NCBI GenBank assembly: GCA_951406725.2
Contig: OX597833.1
Location: 12,896,001-12,960,000 of the forward strand
DNA length: 64,000 nucleotides
Reading direction: 5' to 3'
DNA from: Octopus vulgaris
Lineage: Eukaryota
Position 1 is the first letter of the stretch. Every line of letters starts with the position of its first letter. Below, in pieces: positions 55,548 to 64,000 of this stretch. The position numbers and the translations under genes were made by a program. The notes below the pieces were generated by a model. It searched no databases, had not been told where the DNA came from, and saw nothing but the letters and a program-made list of their open reading frames with translations.

Positions 55548-55764
55548 AATTAAGGACTGAACACGAAAAGTGGACAGTCAACATGCTAGATATAGACATC
55601 AAATCGCCATTCTCCACAAAGATTATGTTCTCAAATAAAATATTTTATTTTATTTTATTTTATTTTATTTGAGAACATAATCTTTGTGGAGAATGGCGAT
55701 TTGACGTCTATATCTAGCATGTTGACTGTCCACTTTTTCGTGTTCAGTCCTTAATTGGTATATA
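55541..55764. repeat. Near-perfect hairpin with ~100-bp arms
   Basis: 55541-55641 versus 55660-55764. The arm sequence is related to 10862-10935. Confidence 0.92.
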
Positions 55765-55843
55765 TAAATATTTTAATCTTCGGATTCTTTTTAATATGCT
55801 AGACCACTGGTTTTAATTGACTAATATCAATTTTTACCCTTAA

Positions 55844-55900
<57 letters not shown>

Positions 55901-55904
<4 letters not shown>

Positions 55905-56078
55905 ATCCAAACAAGAAAGCACAAAAAAAACACAACAACGCGAGGACGTGGAACAAATATAGTATCATTGGACGCTCAGGAAAGAAGGAAAGAAGGAGGG
56001 TTTAACGTTTCGAGCGGAGCTCTTCGTCGGAAACATAGGAGAAAGAAAGATCCAGAGGAGGGAAGACAGAGGGAAAAA
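55901..56078 (-). mobile_element. Mini-element family A, copy 4 (core CCGACGA)
   Basis: Reverse complement match, within (TA)n. Confidence 0.8.
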
Positions 56079-56209
56079 ATATATATATATAAAATTAAAA
56101 ACTTAGGGTAACAAGAATATTTATCGAAAAATTCTTAGTTACCAGTGGTCTAACGAGAAAAAAATTAGTCAATAGACTATATAATATTCAGAGAAGAATA
56201 CAGTGTACA

Positions 56210-56422
56210 TTCAAACATAAAAGGGATACCCAAAGAATAGGATATCTGCCTCGCTAGAAAGAGCAGTTAAAAACTCCAAGGCACCAATTGTTGTAATTCC
56301 GAAAGTGATTGAAGGTAAACGTTTTCAATCACTTTCGGAATTACAACAATTGGTGGCTTGGAGTTTTTAACTGCTCTTTCTAGCGAGTCAGATATCCTAT
56401 TCTTCGGGTATCTCTTTTATGT

Positions 56423-56428
<6 letters not shown>
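56210..56428. repeat. Near-perfect hairpin, ~104-bp arms and 10-nt loop
   Basis: ...ccgaaagtgattgaa-ggtaaacgtt-ttcaatcactttcgg...; partial copy at 60452-60575. Confidence 0.92.
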
Positions 56429-56484
<56 letters not shown>

Positions 56485-56566
56485 AATAATATTAGGGTAA
56501 TAAGAATTATAGAAATTGTTATTACCAGTGGCCTAGTACACTGAAATATATTTGAAATTTAAAGGT

Positions 56567-56637
56567 TTCCTACTGACGAAAACTAGCCTCAGTAAATATT
56601 TTTTTACTGGAATGAGTTAGAAACCATGGTCTAGGAA
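56567..56637 (+). ncRNA. Type-I hammerhead ribozyme motif, best-preserved copy
   Basis: ttccta-CTGACGA-a-aact...agtt-a-GAAAC-catg-GTC-taggaa. 6-bp stem I, palindromic ACCATGGT stem III. Confidence 0.85.
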
Positions 56638-56781
56638 CTAAATTATATGGCAAACGTTTTTAATTTCAATCCTTTCGAGAATTTATCCATAATTAGTGAT
56701 TTGAGTTTTCTACTGCTCTTTCTAGCACAAGGCTTTCCTATTTGGAAGCCTCTTTATGTGTTCTAATGTACAAGATATTTT

Positions 56782-57128
<347 letters not shown>

Positions 57129-57239
57129 CATAGGGCACCCAACACGTTTATTGGGAGTTACATGTATGATCAAAATAGTTTGATTCAAACGCCTTGGTAC
57201 TCCGAGTTTCAAACGTGATGCTAATCCTCTGCCGTTGGA

Positions 57240-57241
57240 CA

Positions 57242-57274
<33 letters not shown>

Positions 57275-57322
57275 TTCTATCTATCTCTCTCTTTATTTCC
57301 CCCTCTCTCTGTCTGTCTATCC

Positions 57323-57384
<62 letters not shown>

Positions 57385-57466
57385 TTATCTGTCTCTCTCT
57401 ATCTATCTGTCTATCTCTCTCTATATATATCTCTCTCTATTTATCTATCTATCTGTCTCTCTCTTT

Positions 57467-57541
<75 letters not shown>

Positions 57542-58055
57542 CTTGCTCGCAGGTAATCGTGATTTCGGGCATAAGAATATTTATAGCAGTATATTTTACC
57601 ATGTCTAGACATTTAAACAATTTTTTGTCTTTCCTTCTTTCTTTCCTCCTTTCTTTCTTTCTTTCTTTCTCTCTTTCTTTCTTTCTTTCTCTCTTTCTTT
57701 CTGTCTTTCTTCCTTTTTTCGTTCCTTCCTTTCTTTCTTTCTAAGTATATATCAACCGGTCTATCTATCCATCCATCTCCCCCTCTCTCTCTGTCTCTAT
57801 CTCTCTTGCTCTCTCTCTGTCTCTGTCTGTCACTCTCCCTTTCTCTCTCCCTCTCTTTGTCTGTCTGTCTGTCTATCAGTCTCTCCCCTCCCTTCCAGGT
57901 TTTCATATAACTTTCCTTCATTTCATTCTCTTGGTTTCTCTCTATCATCCATTTCTTTCTTATTTACCTCTCTTTGTTTCATTTTCCTTTCATCTTTGTT
58001 TACCAAAACTGATTGTCTTCCCGGCATTCGTGTCTTCTTCTTCTTCTTTTTCTTC

Positions 58056-58087
<32 letters not shown>

Positions 58088-58720
58088 CTTCTTCTTCTTC
58101 TTCTTCTTCTTCTTCTTCTTCTCCTCCTCCTCCGTCTTCTTCTCCTTCTTCTCCTCCTCCTCATCCCCCTTCTTCTTCTTCTACTTGTCTTCTTCTTCTT
58201 CTTCTTCTTCTTCTTCTCCTCCTCCTGTCTTCTTCTCCTCCTCCTCCTCCTCCTCCGTCTTCTTCTTCTTCTTCTTCTTCTTCTTCTTCTCCTCCTCCCC
58301 ATCCCCCTTCTTCTTCTTCTTCTTCTTCTTCTCCTCCTCCTCATCCCCTTCTTCTTCTTCTTCTTCTTCTTCTTCTACTTCGTCTTCTTCTTCTTCTTCT
58401 TCTTCTCCTCCTCCTGTCTTCTTCTTCTTCTTCTCCTCCTCCTCCTCCTCCTCCGTCTTCTTCTTCTTCTTCTTCTCCTGCTCCCCATCCCCCTTCTTCT
58501 TCTTCTTCTTCTTCTCCTCCTCCTCCTCCTCCTCCGTCTTCTTCTTCTTCTTCTTTTCTTCTCCTCCGTCTTCTTCTTCTTCTTCTTCTTTTCTTCTCCT
58601 CCTCTGTCTTCTTCTTCTTCTTCCACTCCTGTTGCTGCTCTCCCTCCTCCTCCCCCTCCCCTCCTCCTCCTCCTCCTCCTCCTCCTTCCTCTTTCTGCTC
58701 CTCCTCTACTCTCTACCCCC
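57240..58720. repeat. Polypyrimidine region: (TCTA)n, (TC)n, (TTTC)n and a ~700-bp (CTT/CCT)n tract
   Basis: Seen directly. Confidence 0.95.
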
Positions 58721-58846
58721 ACCTCATTTATTATCGTCTTCTGTCGGTGTTGGTGGCGTAATTATGGGTGATATTGGTCCGACAGCTTTTATTCCGCTTC
58801 ACCAATTCTTCCGGATAAAAATTATTCATTAGGGAATGAAATTCTC

Positions 58847-58895
<49 letters not shown>

Positions 58896-59014
58896 TGTGT
58901 GTGTATGTGTGTGTGTGTGTGTGATTGTGTGTGCGTGCGCACGTGTGTTTGTGCGTGTGTATATACATATATGCATATATGCATATAGAAATACATACAT
59001 ACATACATACATAC

Positions 59015-59058
<44 letters not shown>

Positions 59059-59140
59059 CATATATATGCACACACACACACATATATATATAAAGATATA
59101 TATACATATATATACATATATACATATATATACATACATA

Positions 59141-59202
<62 letters not shown>

Positions 59203-59229
59203 CATATGTATGTATATAGATATACATAT

Positions 59230-59268
<39 letters not shown>

Positions 59269-59634
59269 GATATGTATATGTATGTATGTATGTATGTATA
59301 TATGTATGTATGTATGTATGCGTATAGACATACATTCACACGCTCACACATATACACACATATACACACACGCACACACATGCTCGCACACACACACACA
59401 CGCACACACACACACACATTCTGCGATATGCTTTACGATTTTCCGTCTGTGAAATATTTTGCTGCTGGAATCTCGACAATTAATTTTAAAAATGTTATTT
59501 AAAAACTAACTTACAGATGTGTTTTGTCGGAGGAATACAATTCGAAAGAACCTATCGTCTGTCTTGAAGCCGCTCGTTTTGTGGAGCAACTGTGCAGAAG
59601 ATGGAACTCATCCAGCCATTCTTTTATTCATTCA

Positions 59635-59835
59635 TTCTTTTACTGGTTTCAGTCATTTGACTGCGGCCATTCTGGAGCACCGCATTTAGTCGAACAAATC
59701 GACCCCAGGACTTATTCTTTGTAAGCCAAGTACTTATTCTATCAAATTCTTTTGCCGAACCGCTAATGGACGGGTTCGTAAACATACCAGCATCGGTTGT
59801 CAAGCGATGTTACGGGGACAAACACAGACACACAA

Positions 59836-59879
<44 letters not shown>

Positions 59880-59880
59880 A

Positions 59881-59956
<76 letters not shown>

Positions 59957-60115
59957 CAACAGGCTTCTTTCAGTTTTTGTCTACCAAATCCACTCACAAG
60001 GCTTTGGTCTGCCCGAGGCTATAGTAGAGGACACTAGTCCAAGGTGAACCCGGACTGAACCCGGAATCATGTGGTTGGTAAGCAAGCTACTTACGACACA
60101 GCCACTCCTGCACCT
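59635..60115 (-). mobile_element. SINE family 1
   Basis: Family consensus match. Confidence 0.88.
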
Positions 60116-60451
60116 TTGTTACAAGAAAAGAAAAAAATGAAGTGCTACTGGTACCTAAAATACCCCTAACCAAGCACATTTTAGTTTCGAGAAGCCAACT
60201 TCGCTGAGAAAAGTATGCTTTTTTTTTCCAACCTATCATCAAAATCACACATAAGAGTGACAAACCTGTGGATTTTTCTCTTGAGAAGAACATGAAAACT
60301 ATGAGCTATGATCGAAGCGACGACAATGCCGTATTTGCCTACCCCTTCCCTCAAAATTAATGGTTCAAGGCCAATCATTTTGAGGGAAGGGTTAAATCAT
60401 TTACATCGACCTACTTGGCTCCTACTTTATTTTGTCGACCTCGAAGGGATG

Positions 60452-60617
60452 AAAGAGCAGTTAAAAACCCCAAGCCACCAATTGTTGTAATTCCGAAAGT
60501 GATTGAAGGTAAACGTTTTCAATCACTTTCGGAATTACAGCAATTGGTGGCTTGGAGTTTTTAACTGCTCTTTCTAGCGAGTCAGATATCCTATTCTTCG
60601 GGTATCTCTTTTATGTT

Positions 60618-60697
<80 letters not shown>

Positions 60698-60860
60698 GAT
60701 AATATTAGGGTAATAAGAATTATAGAAATTGTTATTACCAGTGGCCTAGCACTCTGAAATATATTTGAAATCTAAAGGTTTCCTACTGACGAAAACTAGC
60801 CTCAGTAAATATTTTTTTTACTGGAATGAGTCAGAAACCATGGTCTAGGAACTAAATTAG
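60452..60860 (+). repeat. Direct duplicate of 56258-56645 (hairpin + (TA)n + hammerhead element)
   Basis: Near-identical composite sequence. Confidence 0.9.
60780..60851 (+). ncRNA. Type-I hammerhead motif (copy of 56567-56637)
   Basis: ttccta-CTGACGA...GAAAC-catg-GTC-taggaa. Confidence 0.8.
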
Positions 60861-61098
60861 ATGATAAACTTGTTTCGGTGAGATTTGAATTCAGGATGTA
60901 AAGAGTCGGATGTAATACAGCAAGGCATTCGCCGCCTCGGATGCTCTAACAATTCTGCCTGTTATCCACTGAAGCGATAACAACAGTAACAACATTAGCA
61001 CGGAATCAGATGATTGAAACAAACGGCAATGAGTGATGAATATAAGCAACTGAAAAGGAAGCTCAAAGAAAAATTCAAACAAAAGTTCACCATTCATA

Positions 61099-61260
61099 AG
61101 CAGGAGTGGCTGTGTGGTAAGTAGCTTGTTTACCAACCACATAGTTCCGGGTTCAGTCCCACTGCGTGGCACCTTGGGCAAGTGTCTTCTACTATAGCCT
61201 CGGGCCGACCAATGCATTGTGAGTGGATATGGTAGACGGAACTGAAAGAAGCCCGTCGTA

Positions 61261-61316
<56 letters not shown>

Positions 61317-61549
61317 TGTATGTGTTTGTGTGTCTGTGTTTGTCCCCCAAGCATTGCTTGACAACCGATGCTGGTGTGTTTATGTCCCCGTCACTTAGCG
61401 GTTCGGCAAAAGAGACCGATAGAATAAGTACTGGGCTTACAAAAGAATAAGTCCCGGGGTCGATTTTCTCGATTAAAGGCGGTGCTCCAGCATGGCCGCA
61501 GTCAAATGACTGAAACAAGTAAAATAGAGTAAAAGAGTAAAAGAGAGTA
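61099..61549 (+). mobile_element. SINE family 1
   Basis: Family consensus match. Confidence 0.9.
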
Positions 61550-61678
61550 ACTGGATGTAGAATGGTTTTGGCACGGGTCAATAAGAAACGTACAAACTTG
61601 ATTGATTGACCCTTTAAGATTGGGTATGGTTTATTGACACATTGCTAAATTTTGAAGTGGACGGGTGTGGTATATAAG

Positions 61679-62280
61679 CAGCGAGCTGGCAGAAACGTTA
61701 GCACGCAGGGCGAAATGCTTAGCGGTATTTCGTCTGCCGTTACGTTGTGAGTTCAAATTCCGCCGAGGTCGACTTTGCCTTTCATCCTTTTGGGGTCGAT
61801 AAATTAAGCACCAGTTACGCACTGGGGTCGATGTAATCGACTTAATACCTATGTCTGTCCTTGTTTGTCTCCTCTGTGTTTAGCCCCTTGTGGGTAATAA
61901 AGAAATAGGTATTTCGTCTGCCGCTACGTTCTGAGTTCAAATTCCGCCGAGGTCGACTTTGCCTTTCATCCTTTCGGGGTCGATTAAATAAGTACCAGTT
62001 ACGCATTGGGGTCTATATAATCGACTTAATACCTATGTCTCTCCTTGTTTGTCCCATCTGTGTTTAGCCCTTTGTGGGTAATAAAGAAATAGGTATTTCG
62101 TCTGGCGCTACGTTCTGAGTTCAAATTCCGCCTAGGTCGACTTTGCCTTTCATCCTTTCGGGGTCGATTAAATAAGTACCAGTTACACACTGGGGTCGAT
62201 ATAATCTACTTAATCCGTTTGTCTGTCCTTGTTTGTCCTCTCTGTGTTTAGCCCCTTGTGGTTAATAAAGAAATAGGTAT
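61679..62280 (+). mobile_element. SINE family 2: head plus three 184-bp units
   Basis: TSD ggtatataagc at 61669-61679 and 62276-62286. Confidence 0.92.
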
Positions 62281-62774
62281 ATAAGCCACACTGCGTTATA
62301 AACTATTTGATTGATTATCAACTTGTATTTCACCCCCTTTTTTGCATCCCGTGCGAAAAGACTAGCAATTTATACCCGGCCTTTAAAGGGTTAAGTTGTT
62401 AAGAACATCGAGCACAACGTTTGGACAGATAATGTTTTAGACTAGGAATTGTTTCGTGTTGCAGTTACCGTTCGGCAATTGATAGGAATAACATTGATCA
62501 ATCATCACTAGAAAATATAATCAAAATAGGTCACTGCTCTTCAAAAACTATCGACAAACTCGGAAAAAGTATTGAACAGTTGGCCGCTACCATTAAAGTG
62601 AATAATAAATTCAGAAACCACCAGCTGTGACAGTATGATAGATTGTTCAAGGCGAACTGGAAACAACATATAAAAAATATAAAAGACACTGTCAGGTAAG
62701 CTAATTTCCTTTATACATGTTCTGCGAGCGGTAGGTGAAAAACAAGGTGATCGTAAGAAATTACTAGACTGTCA

Positions 62775-63562
62775 AGGCGGCGAGCTGGCAGAAACGTTAG
62801 CATGCCGGGCGAAATGCGTAACCGTATTTCGTCTGTCGTTACGTTGTGAGTTCAAATTCCGCCGAGGTCGACTTTCACCTTTCGTCCTTTCGGGGTCGAT
62901 AAATTAAGTACCAGTTACGCACTGGGGTCGATATAATCGACTTAATACCAATGTTTGTCCTTGTTTGTCCTCTCTCTGCTTAGCCCCTTGTGGGTAGTAA
63001 AGAAATAGGTAATTTGTCTGTCGTTACGTTCTGAGTTCAAATTCCGACGAGGTCGACTTTGCCTTTCATTCTTTCGGGGTCGATTAAATAAGTACCAGTC
63101 ACGCACTGGGGCCGATGTAATCGACTTAATCCGTTTGTCTGTCCTTCTTTGTCCTCTCTGTATTTAGCCCCTTTTGGGTAGTAAAGAAATAGGTATTTCG
63201 CCTGCCGTTACATTCTGAGTTCAAATTCCGCCGAGGTCGACTTTGCCTTTCATCCTTTCGAGGTCGATTAAATAAGTACCAGTTTCGCACTGGGGTCGAT
63301 GTAATCAACTTAATCCGTTTGTCTGTCCTTGTTTGTCCCCTCTGTGTTTAGCCCCTTGTGGGTAGTAAAGAAATGGGTATTTCGTCTGCCGATACATTCT
63401 GAGTTCACTTTCCGCCGAGGTCGACTTTGCCTTTCATCCTTTCGGGGTCGATAAATTAAGCACCAGTTACGCACTGGGGTCGATGTAATCGACTTAATCT
63501 CTTCGTCTGTCCTTGTTTGTCCCCTCTATGTTTAGCCCCTTGTGGGCCATAAAGAAATAAGA
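62775..63562 (+). mobile_element. SINE family 2: head plus four 184-bp units
   Basis: TSD taagaaatt(a/t)ctagactgt at 62754-62772 and 63558-63576. Confidence 0.92.
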
Positions 63563-64000
63563 AATTTCTAGACTGTAGGATTACCAATCCCAAGCACGGA
63601 GAAGCTATACCGTCAATTCTGTAAAAGCCGTTCCTCATAATAATCTAAAGTTACTTGGCGGGGAGATCTGGGTTGCAAGCAAACGATACAAGAGTGATGA
63701 AATGCTGTTTGATAAGCTTTGGAGTGAATAATGTGTCAATGTCTCATCCTAAACATATAATATCGCCAGTATAAAACTTTGTATATACATTGTATATAAT
63801 GTATATACATTATTAATATTACTATTGAGTGAGTGAGGAGGACACATCAAAGTGACACTAGGGTAAAATATACGAGGTCCAGTATACCCATCATGAGAAA
63901 CCGTCTGATAAGGGTTCTCCAGGCACATGAAGCTGACTCTTTCGCCACAAATTTCTCTCACTCTTTCCTCCTGCATCTTGCAGCTCACCTGCGACGGACC

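Noticed and set aside
62335-62395. piggyBac-like terminus (..aaagggttaa)
   Set aside because: Only one end was seen, with no partner TIR or transposase remnant.

Overview
This is a eukaryotic, AT-rich, microsatellite-saturated window with no recognisable intact host gene. The repeat families and the density of (TA)n, (CA)n, (TATG)n and (TAA)n tracts point to a cephalopod (Octopus-like) genome; that assignment is an inference. Almost all ORF-track entries are translations of microsatellites. The real content is mobile DNA: a full-length decayed mariner (5576-6855), two Tc1-type elements, R4/Dong-like restriction-endonuclease LINE fragments, four non-autonomous Helitron-like elements, hAT-type and unassigned MITEs, and three tRNA-derived SINE families (about 35 copies, one forming 184-bp head-to-tail arrays). 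There are also at least four Penelope-like element (PLE) relics with RT or GIY-YIG fragments and inverted terminal repeats. The most striking signal is about 20 type-I hammerhead-ribozyme motifs with palindromic stem III. They sit in PLE terminal repeats, in fold-back insertions, and in two related ~200-bp non-coding mini-element families embedded in (TA)n; one of these families has a consistent non-canonical core (CUGUNGA). All calls were made by eye without database searches, so boundaries are approximate unless a TSD or TIR fixes them.
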